A stretch of 64,000 nucleotides of DNA from Octopus sinensis (GCF_006345805.1 NC_043003.1:107322001-107386000); one strand, 5' to 3'; counted from the first letter of the stretch, positions 26,901 to 36,019 are shown. Numbers and translations: made by a program. Notes: generated by a model from the letters alone, not told the origin.

Positions 26901-29900
26901 CATAGTCCGGGTGCTTGGTGGTCATAGTGGCAGCAGTCTCGGCAGCCAGGTTATCCAATTCGACAGTCGTCACACCAGAATAGAGACCGTTGATGACTTT
27001 CATGGTGATGTTTTCCTAAAATAAAACATTAAAGAAAGGCAATATACACTAAAAGTCTAAGCCCTCCACATGTGGTACATGTAAATACACAAATCAAAAT
27101 TGCAAAGCCTCTACAAACTCAACATGCTATAAACAACAGCTAAATCTCTGACCCCCTGACACATACAAGCACTAGATGTTCTGTGAGAAGGAAGCATCAT
27201 AGTCAGAGCAATACTAAACCAAAACTCAATACGGAAACAATTGTCCGCGCTAACCAATGCACCCGTATATAAAAGAAGTAAGACATTTCCATTTCAAAAA
27301 TTCCATTTTAAATAAAGAAACGAATTTAATGAAGTGTCCGATAAACTGGTCCATTCCGTCACCTAAACTGCATCCAACTGCAAGAATTCCATGTACTCCT
27401 CCACTCCACCCTTAGGATTTGTGGAACTGGAAAGTCGTCGCATTCTTCAAGGAGTCACGAGGAATAAGAAGGAAAAAAACTTTCGATCTGTTAAATTTAT
27501 TATTTGACAATGATTTCTCGATTTAATACTTTCGTTCCTCTTGTAATACCATAAATGTAAACAAATGTTTGGGCATAAATACACAAGTGTGCCCCACCGA
27601 CTTTTTGCCTTATCTCCCCCACGCCCGAAATATTTTTCACATTGAGTTCCGATATAATCGTAATCTATACCATCTGAAATATATTTAAAAATTTTATCTA
27701 AAAATGTATCAATTATTCAGAAAGTTATAAGGCAAAAAGTCGGTGGGGCACACTTGTGTATTTATGCCCAAACATTTGTTTACATTTATTGAATTACAAG
27801 AAGGAACGAAATTTTTACATTTTTAGATAAAATTTTTAAATATATTTCAGATGGTATAGATTACGATTATATCGAAACTCAATGTGAAAAATATTTCGGA
27901 CGTTGGGAAGAGAGGAAGTTCGGATAATTCACACATCGTTTTTGTTTCCTCATACACTGAGAATATAGATTACAATTATGTTGAAAAAAAAAGAAGATAA
28001 AACAATTACTTTTGCGGACAATTTCACTTTTTTCCTTCTGGAATTGGTGAAATTAATATTTTATAATTAAATGAAACTTCCCAAGCCTATAGCATACGAA
28101 ACAGTCACACCAACAAATTCATCTGATAATCTTTTTTCCTAATTAATTATCCCGGTGTCGCAGGAAACTTTTTAAATTTCTCGAAGAGAAATAGGGAAAC
28201 AGCCCTCAAAAGTAATTTTATTTTTTTACTGAATAAAGGGACCCAAGTTTTGATAAACTCGGCCTTTCGGAAAATATTAGATGTCAACATTTAATCAGCT
28301 GTATCTAATTAATGATAAAGGGTGAAGAGTTCCTTCAGTCACGAATGACCATGGGATGGATTGCACCTAGAAAGTTCCCAAGCTGGGGCAAGGTTGTTTG
28401 TGGAATAGCAGCAGCCCGCCATCCATGCCAGCCTCCCCTCTCACTGCCACCGATGTTATTATCCAAGAGAAAGGCAAAGGGGCCAAATACAGATTGGCAC
28501 CAGTGACGTTGCTACAGCTGAGTGAACTGGACCAACATGTTATAAAGTGTCCCAGTCCGAGAATCGAACTCACTTTCTCACAATTGTGAGCCCGATGTTG
28601 CGATATTCTAACCAGAGCCATGCACCTAACAATTATAGCAGAAATATAAATCTTTGGGGGCAAAAGGCCGTTTCGATCGCATTCCTTTTGAGAGAATTTA
28701 AGAATTTCTTCTTAACCGTTTAAAATCAATCAGGTGTGGGACAGGGTAAATAAACTGCTTCGGCGACAGTTTCAAGGGCTTCCTTTTATTTTCCTCTTAT
28801 TGTTTGGAGAATATAAACTAGAAAAAGAAATCCAAAATTACACACACACACAAAACCTTAAAACAGCGGATTCGTAATAAAAATTTCAGCGGGGAAAAAA
28901 ACTTTCCATTTCGCCAATAATTTGCTATAAATTTATTTCAAGCCCCGATCCATGAGATATCCCATGATAATCGCAAATCCGAAAATATATCTTCGAAGTT
29001 TAAAGTTTTTTTTCTCATTGATATTTTTTATTCCATTCATTGAGATTAACGTAATTCAAAACCTTAACTATTCCTGAATTGTATAAATGAAGTTCTTTTC
29101 ACTTAGCAAAATTCTGAAGCTTTGATTAAATAATAAAAAATGACTTCGCCACGTAATTGTCGAATTTAATTAAAAATTTTAAAAAAGGCTTCAATTAAAA
29201 TAAATTAAAAAAATATATGCCACTGTATTCTGTTGAATGATTAATATTAATGCGATAAAATTAGTGATATCAATTGTTGCTTATATAATGACCTACAACA
29301 AATTTCCCGCCAGTAATGTTGGTTTCACTTGATTAACCACAAAAGAGGGGGAAATGTCCGTCGAAAACAACCAAGTCAATTTCACTGGGATTCGAACTCA
29401 AAAATAACAAAGGTGCCTTATTTAACAGTGAAATATCCAGAGTCCGCTTTCCTATTGTTTCCGTTGTTACCCAATGTCTTTTCCCGCCCTATTCAATTAC
29501 ACCCGTCTTTAACAACAGCTGATAGTAAATGCAAATCATATTTCTAAGTTATTAATCTCGTAATTAAATTCTGTTGTCCCTGGAATCAAACTTTCAAGTC
29601 CTTGCAAACGATGCCAGCAATTAAGAAGTTAACCATTTTGGCGGACTTTCGGAATAGGTGTGCCGTTATCTTTTAACTGTGAATCAACTCAGGAATAATT
29701 TTCTCATCTGCAAGCGTTAACTGCATTAACTCCTTATAAACACACAACGATGATGTATTTCGACGGTTTAATTCTGCGAGGCGAATATTTGGCGGAATTC
29801 TGGTTTATCCACAAGTAGCAAACAAAGGCCAACTAGAATCAGCCGCCAAATCAACACCAACTGTTTTAAACAATACAGAACACATTAATTGTACTGCTAC

Positions 29901-30930
29901 ATACATATTTAAACTGAAGGTGGGGTGATCACGATTTAATTCCAATTTAATACAATAAGCTTTAGTCTGCTAACCACCAGACCGAATTCCTCTATCGACC
30001 AGGCTACAACAACCATCCACTGAAAACGGAACAAAACACAGAAGAAATCTTTGTTTTCTCTACACCGGACAAAATATCACCTAAAAATTGTTAATAAATA
30101 CATTAAAATATTCTTTAAAATTGTAAAAAGAAGGGAGGAGTGCTAACCAACCATTTCTTTATATATATATAACATATATGAAAATAAAAGAGTAGAAATG
30201 TAACAAGTTCGAGGCTAAATAATAATGGAAATAAAAGATCGGAGTTCTAAAAATGACCAAGATTCTAATAATGGTCAGCTTGTTCGTCTTCTGTCAATTA
30301 TTCCTTTGTTGATGAGTTTAGCATGAAATCAGATCAAATTGTTTTTGTTAACGAATAAAAAGGAACAGAAGGGAAAAAGCTTGAAATCGTAACGGGACTT
30401 GCAAGCTGTGAATGGAATTATAATAGAGAAAATAGAGGCATAACTACAGCTAGAAACAATAATAATTAAATAAATCTAATTTCTCTAATGTTAAATATAA
30501 ACAAAATATTTTAATACCGGTCGGATGAAGTCCATATTAAGATTATAACATAACTTCTTGATCCGAGATGTGATTTTGTCGAAATGGATATCCTCTTTGC
30601 GCCCATCTGAAAACAAAGATTTTTTCAATTAAAAAGAGTTTGCATTAAGGTTTTTCGAAAATAAAAGAATGTAATATGTTTCTGTCAGATTTTTTCTTTT
30701 TGTATGACAAAATTTATGTATTTTTTTTGTTTTTATCTTAGGCCGGGCAACTTAAGAAGTTGTTAATTCTGACAGAATACACAACAACGATTCCCAGTTG
30801 AATAAAATAAATATATATATATATAGGTACTGACAAGTACCATATATAGATGGGTGTATAGATGAAATAAAGAAGGTGCGTTGGGATGATACAAACCTCT
30901 TTTAACAACATATAAATGCGGAGAATTCAT
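1453..30930 (-). CDS. RRM1: Ribonucleoside-diphosphate reductase large subunit (class Ia alpha), 16 exons in window, 3' end beyond left edge
   Basis: Exons found by manual translation join in frame (2016 nt, 672 codons): ATP cone [25 protein letters not shown], catalytic KCSNLCTEI and [18 protein letters not shown]. All acceptors AG; donors GT except intron 4 (GC). In-frame TGA lies upstream of the ATG. C-terminal exons not found in 1-1452. Confidence 0.98.
1690..1920 (-). mobile_element. RTE LINE 3' end
   Basis: catcatcatcgtttaacgtcc...ctggatgc...gtagtgggtgctttttacgt. Confidence 0.85.
2370..2480 (+). pseudogene. pogo/Tigger-like transposase C-terminal relic
   Basis: [28 protein letters not shown] resembles the DDE_1 W-x-x-V...T-x-x-x-x-W motif; short match only. 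Confidence 0.45.
2992..3470 (-). mobile_element. Two adjacent RTE LINE 3' ends
   Basis: Two catcatcg tails (about 2992 and 3201), each followed by the shared 3'UTR. Confidence 0.8.
3820..3955 (-). CDS. RRM1: RRM1 exon 15 (136 nt)
   Basis: tacag|(K)[45 protein letters not shown]|gtaat. Confidence 0.97.
4410..4620. mobile_element. hAT-like MITE
   Basis: Ends ttgaaaagcactg (CAGTG-type TIR); inverted partial relative at 40840-40979. Confidence 0.55.
5078..5352. repeat. Fold-back palindromic element (about 125-bp arms)
   Basis: agtaaagattattt...ttatattttc(g)aa arms are reverse complements around a short spacer. Confidence 0.9.
6455..6720. repeat. Half of a palindromic repeat family with central 25-bp hairpin
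   Basis: Left arm homologous to 52080-52215; hairpin at 6624-6679. Confidence 0.75.
6780..7160 (-). mobile_element. tRNA-derived SINE family B (about 380 bp)
   Basis: Head gaggcgcaatggcccagtgg...gtttcgattccc (A/B boxes); high identity to the 37751 and 56813 copies. Confidence 0.88.
7290..7366 (-). CDS. RRM1: RRM1 exon 14 (77 nt)
   Basis: tctag|[27 protein letters not shown]|gtaag. Confidence 0.96.
7634..7890. repeat. Fold-back palindromic element (about 122-bp arms, about 12-nt loop)
   Basis: ttgtatactgtcaac...tttacgaaggg / cccttcgtaaa...gttgacagtatacaa. Confidence 0.92.
8031..8076 (-). ncRNA. Minimal type I hammerhead ribozyme motif (copy A, CpG-decayed)
   Basis: GACAC-CUGAUGA-A-GGCUG(gagggtatat)CAGCU-GAAAC-AUU-GUGUU; stems I and II pair; helix III G>A. 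Confidence 0.65.
8430..8475 (+). ncRNA. Minimal type I hammerhead ribozyme motif (copy B, CpG-decayed)
   Basis: GACAC-CUGAUGA-A-GGCUG(gagggtatat)CAGCC-GAAAU-GUU-GGGUU. Confidence 0.65.
9161..9382 (-). CDS. RRM1: RRM1 exon 13 (222 nt)
   Basis: ccag|[22 protein letters not shown]...[14 protein letters not shown]|gtaag. Confidence 0.97.
9702..9912. mobile_element. piggyBac-type MITE
   Basis: TTAA|ccctttagtgtt ... aacactaaacgg|TTAA; a degenerate relative lies at about 4130-4350. Confidence 0.8.
10185..10334 (-). CDS. RRM1: RRM1 exon 12 (150 nt)
   Basis: ccag|[50 protein letters not shown]|gtaag. Confidence 0.97.
10367..10650 (-). mobile_element. RTE LINE 3' end
   Basis: catcatcgtttaatgtcc tail plus ctggatgcccttcctaac motif. 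Confidence 0.8.
10833..11276 (-). CDS. RRM1: RRM1 exon 11 (444 nt)
   Basis: tgtag|[46 protein letters not shown]...[22 protein letters not shown]|gtaag. Confidence 0.98.
11446..11814 (-). mobile_element. Non-autonomous Helitron
   Basis: Minus strand A|TC...CCCGAGCAATGCCGGG hairpin...CTAG|T; no TSD. Confidence 0.82.
12225..12400 (-). mobile_element. RTE LINE 3' end
   Basis: tttaacgtctgttttccatgctggc...gatgcccttcctaatgccaacc. Confidence 0.75.
12776..12975 (+). mobile_element. SINE family C (Deu/Nin-like central domain)
   Basis: ctttcatcctttcggg..gat..aataagtaccag core; TSD ggacaatctacca. Confidence 0.88.
13375..13458 (-). CDS. RRM1: RRM1 exon 10 (84 nt)
   Basis: attag|[28 protein letters not shown]|gtggg. 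Confidence 0.97.
13791..14024 (+). mobile_element. SINE family C
   Basis: Full copy, 15-bp TSD agaaactaccaatat. Confidence 0.9.
14686..14827 (-). CDS. RRM1: RRM1 exon 9 (142 nt)
   Basis: ttcag|(S)[47 protein letters not shown]|gtaag. Confidence 0.97.
15915..16112 (+). mobile_element. RTE LINE 3' end
   Basis: cacccactacactctcggagtgg...gatgatgatg. Confidence 0.8.
16489..16574 (-). CDS. RRM1: RRM1 exon 8 (86 nt)
   Basis: ttcag|[30 protein letters not shown]|gtaag. Confidence 0.97.
17614..17982 (-). mobile_element. SINE family D (CORE-like gcaagtgtctt motif, internal microsatellite)
   Basis: High identity to the 34389 copy; B-box-like ggttcagtccc. Confidence 0.85.
18266..18342 (-). CDS. RRM1: RRM1 exon 7 (77 nt)
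   Basis: tttag|(V)[25 protein letters not shown]|gtaag. Confidence 0.97.
18800..19095 (+). mobile_element. RTE LINE 3' end
   Basis: Shared 3'UTR ending ttaaacgatgatgac. Confidence 0.82.
19417..19456 (-). CDS. RRM1: RRM1 exon 6 (40 nt)
   Basis: gccag|[14 protein letters not shown]|gtatt. Confidence 0.95.
20037..21647 (+). pseudogene. Decayed piggyBac (PGBD4-like) transposase
   Basis: Acidic N-terminus, [45 protein letters not shown] and Cys-rich tail, spread across frames with many stops. Confidence 0.85.
21915..22400 (-). pseudogene. Tc1/mariner-superfamily (DD37D/maT-like) transposase relic
   Basis: [38 protein letters not shown] in ORF 21827-22267. Confidence 0.82.
22720..22979 (+). mobile_element. 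RTE LINE 3' end
   Basis: Shared 3'UTR ending gttaaacgatgatgat. Confidence 0.82.
23375..23434 (-). CDS. RRM1: RRM1 exon 5 (60 nt)
   Basis: ttcag|[20 protein letters not shown]|gtata. Confidence 0.96.
23780..24140. mobile_element. Degenerate copy of the GGATC-TIR MITE
   Basis: gatcttttgacc..cagattttt start, ttcaaccaatcaatgac and ttagggttagggtt internal motifs. Confidence 0.6.
24241..24341 (-). CDS. RRM1: RRM1 exon 4 (101 nt), followed by GC donor
   Basis: ctag|(D)[33 protein letters not shown]|gcaaga. Confidence 0.92.
24606..25171. mobile_element. Internally deleted mariner (about 570 bp)
   Basis: TIRs (c/t)gagggtgagtca(g/a)aaa, TA flanks, transposase C-terminus PSDYHLF...[15 protein letters not shown]. 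Confidence 0.85.
25505..25845 (-). mobile_element. SINE family D, degenerate
   Basis: ggccatgctggggca...ggcttctttcagttt..ctaccaaatccactcacaaag. Confidence 0.72.
25905..26190 (-). mobile_element. RTE LINE 3' end
   Basis: catcatcatcattt tail, shared 3'UTR, tandem units. Confidence 0.82.
26470..26714. repeat. Compound (TACA)/(TA) microsatellite
   Basis: Direct reading. Confidence 0.95.
26838..27015 (-). CDS. RRM1: RRM1 exon 3 (178 nt)
   Basis: tttag|[60 protein letters not shown]|gtgag. Confidence 0.97.
27530..27907. repeat. Interleaved inverted repeats A-B-A'-B'
   Basis: A 27530-27613 vs A' 27727-27811; B 27617-27708 vs B' 27816-27907. Confidence 0.9.
29303..29850. promoter_or_regulatory. 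Cluster of five E2F-type octamers in RRM1 intron 2
   Basis: TTTCCCGC 29303 and 29480, TTTGGCGG 29637 and 29788, CCGCCAAA 29843. Confidence 0.45.
30518..30606 (-). CDS. RRM1: RRM1 exon 2 (89 nt)
   Basis: ttttcag|AT GGG CGC... (D)[29 protein letters not shown]|gtatt. Confidence 0.95.
30897..30930 (-). CDS. RRM1: RRM1 exon 1 (coding part, 34 nt)
   Basis: caacATG AAT TCT CCG CAT TTA TAT GTT GTT AAA AGA G|gtttgt = [11 protein letters not shown](D); phase 1 matches exon 2. Confidence 0.88.
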
Positions 30931-30998
30931 GTTGATTGCTTGAAGAGAACTGACAGCACAAAACCTGGCAAGTCAGACAATTGTGAACAACTGAATAA

Positions 30999-31138
30999 GC
31001 GCCAAACACAAAACGGCGGGTAAAAAGAACACAGCGGTCACGGGATCAAGATCGCAGCGATTTCATTGGTCAATAGTTACCAGTTATTGAATAAGAACAC
31101 AAGTTGTTGTTTTGGTTCAAACTTAGACGAATGATTGG
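30999..31138 (-). promoter_or_regulatory. Putative RRM1 cell-cycle promoter (E2F, CCAAT x2, CHR-like)
   Basis: Minus strand: TTTGGCGC 30999-31006, CCAAT 31065-31069 and 31134-31138, TTTGAA 31116-31121, all within about 210 nt upstream of the ATG; motif matches only. Confidence 0.55.
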
Positions 31139-31314
31139 CATAAAAAAAATAAACATTTTTCATTTAAAAATTGCGAAGGCGCACTACACGCCGTCTCAAA
31201 AGTATGGGTTGTCGTAATTGCGTATTAGTGAACAGGATTATTTTTCTCCTGCTCGGTGAGTGTGAAATGAGGATTCTAGGTTCAGCCACACCTGTACAAT
31301 TCTGTCTACATACC

Positions 31315-31719
31315 TATTTCTTTACTACCCACAAGGGGCTAAACACAGGGGACAAACAAGGAGAGACACGCGGGTGAGGTCGATTACATCGACCCTAGTG
31401 TGTAACTGGTACTTATTTAATCGACCCCGAAAGGATGAAAGGCAAAGTCGACCGCGGCGGAATTTGAACTCAGAACATAACGGCAGACGAAATACCTATT
31501 TCTTTATTACCCACAAGGGGCTAAACACAGAGGGGACAAACAAGGACAGACGCGCGGATTACATCGACTCCAGTGCGTAACTGGTACTTAATTTATCGAC
31601 CCCGAAAGGATGAAAGGCAAAGTCGACCTCGGCGGAATTTGAACTCAAAACGCAGCGGCGGACGAAATACCACAAAACATTTCGCCCGGCGTGCTAACGA
31701 TTCTGCCAGCTCGCCACCT
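31315..31719 (-). mobile_element. SINE family C, head-body-body dimer
   Basis: Two bodies, one head; 17-bp TSD aattct(g/a)tctacatacc. Confidence 0.9.
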
Positions 31720-32131
31720 AATTCTATCTACATACCATGAGGTAAACTTCGATAACGGAGATTATAATGAACGTGCAATTAAGACAAATCTCCCTCCAGA
31801 AATATTTGATATCAAGAAAGAGAGATAACTGCAAAAATATTAGAAGATAGTAATGAATCGTGTCTCTAAATCAACAGATGACATCAACGGACATGTTTCA
31901 AACTTATTAGATCTCATCAGTAGAGGATTTTCTATCCACCTGATAAAACTTTACATGTCATTAGTATTTTCTTTTATATTCTTTCATTGTTTCAGTTATT
32001 GCACTGTGGCCATGTTGGAGCATCACATTGAAGGGTTCAAAGTCGAATAAATCGACCCCAGGACTTATTTTTCCGTTTAAGTTTGGTACTTTTTCTATCC
32101 GACTCGTTTACCGAACCGTTAAGTTACGGCG

Positions 32132-32221
32132 AGGTTAACAAACCAACACCGGTTGTCAAGTGCTGGGGAGGGTCAAAAGGGAGACAGAAAGGCACATACA
32201 TACATACACATACATACACAC

Positions 32222-32254
<33 letters not shown>

Positions 32255-32500
32255 TACATACACACACATACACACACACACACATACATACATACATACA
32301 TACATACATACATACAAGGTTAACAAACCAACACCGGTTGTCAAGTGCTGGGGAGGGTCAAAAGGGAGACACAAAGGCACATACATACATACGTACATAT
32401 ATACACACACACACATATATACACACATACATACACACATACATACACACACACATACATACACACATACATACATACATACATACACACACACATACAT
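32132..32500. repeat. Tandem duplication of a SINE-D fragment plus (CATA)/(CA) microsatellite
   Basis: aggttaacaaaccaacaccggttgtcaagtgctggggagggtcaaaagggagaca occurs twice, about 185 bp apart. Confidence 0.9.
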
Positions 32501-33904
32501 ATATTTTAAGCCCCGCTCCAAGAGACGTCTCATGTTGATGGAAAATCCGAAAATATGTCTACGAAGTTTAATGAAAAGATGTTTATAATATATATTCCGT
32601 TCGTTGAGATTAACGTAATTCGAAATCTAAACTATTCCTGGATTGTATAAATGAAATCCTTCCTTTTCACTGATTTAATAAAAAGAAATGACTTTGCCAG
32701 TTAATTGCCGAATTTATTAAAAAAAAGAAAACTTCGGTTAAGATAAATAAAAAGTACACGTCACTCTATCCCGTTAAACGATTAATATAAACGCGGTAAA
32801 ATTAGTAATGCTGGTTTAACTTGATTAACCACAAAGGGGGAAAGTGTCCATCGAAAACGCCCCTCAGAGAAAACACCAAGTCAATAACAAAGGTGCTCGG
32901 TGGCCTGGGAAGAAAATTTTCTAAGGGAGTGCAAACCCAGGTTCAAATTTTTTTATGAAAAAAAGTGGATTTTTCAATGTTAACATTAAAACAAATGCGG
33001 GTATAATAATAATAATAATTTTTATTATTATGTATTAAGTAATTGAAGTGCTTGGATAGCGCTGGTGAAGAAGCTATCCTGTTGGTCACACAATTTATCG
33101 ACCCCGAAAGGATGAAAGGCAAAGTCGACCTCGGCGGAATTTGAACTCAGAACGTAGCGGCAGACGAAATACCTATTTCGTTACTACAGGCAAGGGGTTA
33201 AACACAGAGGGGACAAACAAGGACAGACATTATGAGGGATGGCTGAAATGTTGATAGGCTGAGCAAGACACTCTCATGGAATGTGACCAAATGAAGTTCA
33301 TTTTTTAATGTGGTTCCTCTCTCATTGTCCACACACTTCCATAAGTAATGTTGGTCAAAATGGTCATCAACAGCAGATAAGACGTCATCATCACAGTGAT
33401 GCTGGTGCCCAGCCGAGTGTTTTTCTATGTTGGGAAACAGAGGGAGGGGTAATCAACCAGTTCAAAGCCTGTCACGCACAGCAACCATTGAAACCAAGGG
33501 GTTGTGTGCTGAAGCATTGTCCTAATGAATCAAGACCCCATCCATCAGTTTTTTCTGGGTGTTTGGTCTTGATAGCCTTTCATAACTGACCTTAGCAAGT
33601 TGGCATTGAACTTTCCATTGATGGTTTGATCATTTTGAAGATAGTCAATAAACACAATATTTTTTTGCATTAGCGTATAGTATATGTAATAATGTGAAAT
33701 ACATTTTGCATATTTCTGCATGATTTTTCAGGATGATTTTAATATAAGCCTCTCCCTTAGAATAAGCCTTAGTTGAGACCGGCAGAGAGCCCCTTCGTAT
33801 TGGTTCAGACCGCTTTGTTGTGGTGTGTTCAAACCATCTTTTTTGGCGGCTAAAAATAATGACGTCACAAAATCTATCCTGGAGTCCCTTTCATAACCCA
33901 AATA

Positions 33905-34294
33905 TTCTTTTCTACTCTAGACACAAGGCCCGAAATTTGGGGTGAAGGGACCAGTCGATTAAATCAACCCCAGTTCGCAACTGGTACTTAATTTATCGAC
34001 CCCAAAAGGCAAAGTCGACCTCGGCGGAATTTGAACTCAGAACGAGAAGACAGACGAAAAACCTATTTCTTTACTACCCACAAGGGGCTAAATACAGAGG
34101 GGACAAACAAGGACAGACAAACGGATTAAGTCGGTTATATCGACCCCTGTGCGTAACTGGTACTTATTTAATCGACCCGGAAAGGATGAAAGGCAAAGCC
34201 GACCTCGTTGGAATTTGAACTCAGAACGTAGCGGCAGACGAAATACTGCTAAGCATTTCGCCCGGCGTGCTAACGGTTCTGCCAGCTCGCTGCC
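33905..34294 (-). mobile_element. SINE family C dimer
   Basis: Internal junction gacgaaa(a)acctatttctttact. Confidence 0.82.
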
Positions 34295-34388
34295 ATGGAC
34301 ATCTTCGATGATAAAAGAAATTTACAATCCACAAACAGTCAGACTGAAATTTTAAAGAATTTTCAAGGTTGTACGGATTTTAATACTC

Positions 34389-34788
34389 TCTTTTACTTGT
34401 TTCAGTCATTTGACTGCGGCCATGCTGGAGCACCGTTTTTACTCGAGCAAATCGACCCCGGGACTTATTCTTTGTAAGCCCAGTACTTATTCTATCGGTC
34501 TCTTTTGCCGAACCGCTAAGTGACGGGGACGTAAACACACCAGCATCGGTTGTCAAGCAATGCTAGAGGGACAAACACAGACACACAAACATATACACAC
34601 ACACGCATATATATATATATATATATACGACAGGCTTCTTTCAGTTTCCGTCTACCAAATCCACTCACAAGGCTTTGGTCGGCCCGAAGCTATAGCAGAA
34701 GACACTTGCCCAAGATGCCACGCTGTGGGACTGAACACGGGACCATGTGGTTGGTAAGCAAGCTACTTACCACACGGCCACTCCTGCG
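34389..34788 (-). mobile_element. SINE family D
   Basis: Full-length match to 17614. Confidence 0.87.
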
Positions 34789-35244
34789 CTTTCTATTAAT
34801 AAAAGTCACGTAACTACAACTAATTGATAAGTGGCTTCCAGTTTAGATTCGTTCTTCATAATTTCACATTCTCAGAAAAAAAAAACATACATTCGGTTTT
34901 AATTTCATTTTCTAGGGAAAGACTCGTTTTTCTAAGAAAACATTTTTATTTTGTCGGGTACGAAGTTACTTTGACATTTAGAAAGATTAACACATCTTAA
35001 ATAGGCTACGTAAATCACTCCGCTCTCTCTCACATATAATAATAGCGTACATTATAAGTACTGTAATTCTTCGCATATCGCGGGTGTTACATTCCAAAAC
35101 CCTCCGTGATAGGTGAAAATCCGCGAAGTAGAAACAATACTATGCTGTATATTTTTTTATTATTATTTTTATAATTTGTATGTATTTATTTTATTATAAA
35201 TGCAAAAAACACCACCACACACTCGACTCCCGAGTTCCGTTTTC

Positions 35245-35493
35245 GGATCTTTTCGCTTTGACCGGCAGATTTTTAAGATAATTTTCTTTGTAACTAAACA
35301 CGTCATTGATTGGTTGAAATTGCCGAAATGCAAGATAATAAACAACAAATAGCTTACAAACTACAGAATTTTCTCGAGGAAGCCAAGAGAAAAAGATGTT
35401 TTATGTAACACATTCTACCAGTATACGAAGTTTAAAAGTGTTTAGTTACAAAGAAATTATTTTTAAAATCTGCCGGTCAAACCGAAAAGATCC
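35245..35493. mobile_element. GGATC-TIR MITE, 8-bp TSD (short subfamily)
   Basis: TIR GGATCTTTTCG(g/c)TTTGACCGGCAGATTTT; TSD ccgttttc at 35237-35244 and 35494-35501. Confidence 0.88.
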
Positions 35494-35602
35494 CCGTTTT
35501 CCGTACAGTATGTACGATTCTTTATTTACTCATCTACGGTACTCTACGTATTTTCTTTTAGTATAATTTAATTAATGTATTATACAGTGCAGTACTCTGC
35601 TG

Positions 35603-36019
35603 GGATCTTTTCGGTTTGAACGGCAGTTTTTTCTAGCGGTGTCATATGAAATTGTCACCCATAATTATGACCCTAGTATCGATCTATTGCATTTCAATCT
35701 ATTTTAGGGTTAGGATTGGGGGTAGGGGTAAGGGTATCTTTTTGTCTTCACAAATGTAAATAAACCCAATCTGTTTCTTAAACGAGGGACATATTCATAC
35801 GGCACAGAATGTTTTTTACCTCAATAGACGTCAGTGATTGGTTGAAATTGCAGAAATTGAAGAAAAAAAACAACAAATATTTTACAAACTATAGAATTTT
35901 TTCAATAAAGCCAAGAGAAAAAGATGTTTTATAAACACATTCTGCCAGTATACGAAGTTTAAAAGTGTTTAGTTACCAAGAAATTATGTTAAAAACTGCC
36001 GTTCAAACCGAAAAGATCC
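35603..36019. mobile_element. GGATC-TIR MITE, 8-bp TSD
   Basis: TIR GGATCTTTTCGGTTTGAACGGCAGTTTTT; TSD ctctgctg at 35595-35602 and 36020-36027. Confidence 0.9.

Noticed and set aside
28312-28663. Overlapping short ORFs in intron 2
   Set aside because: No recognisable domain; region includes a degenerate SINE head.
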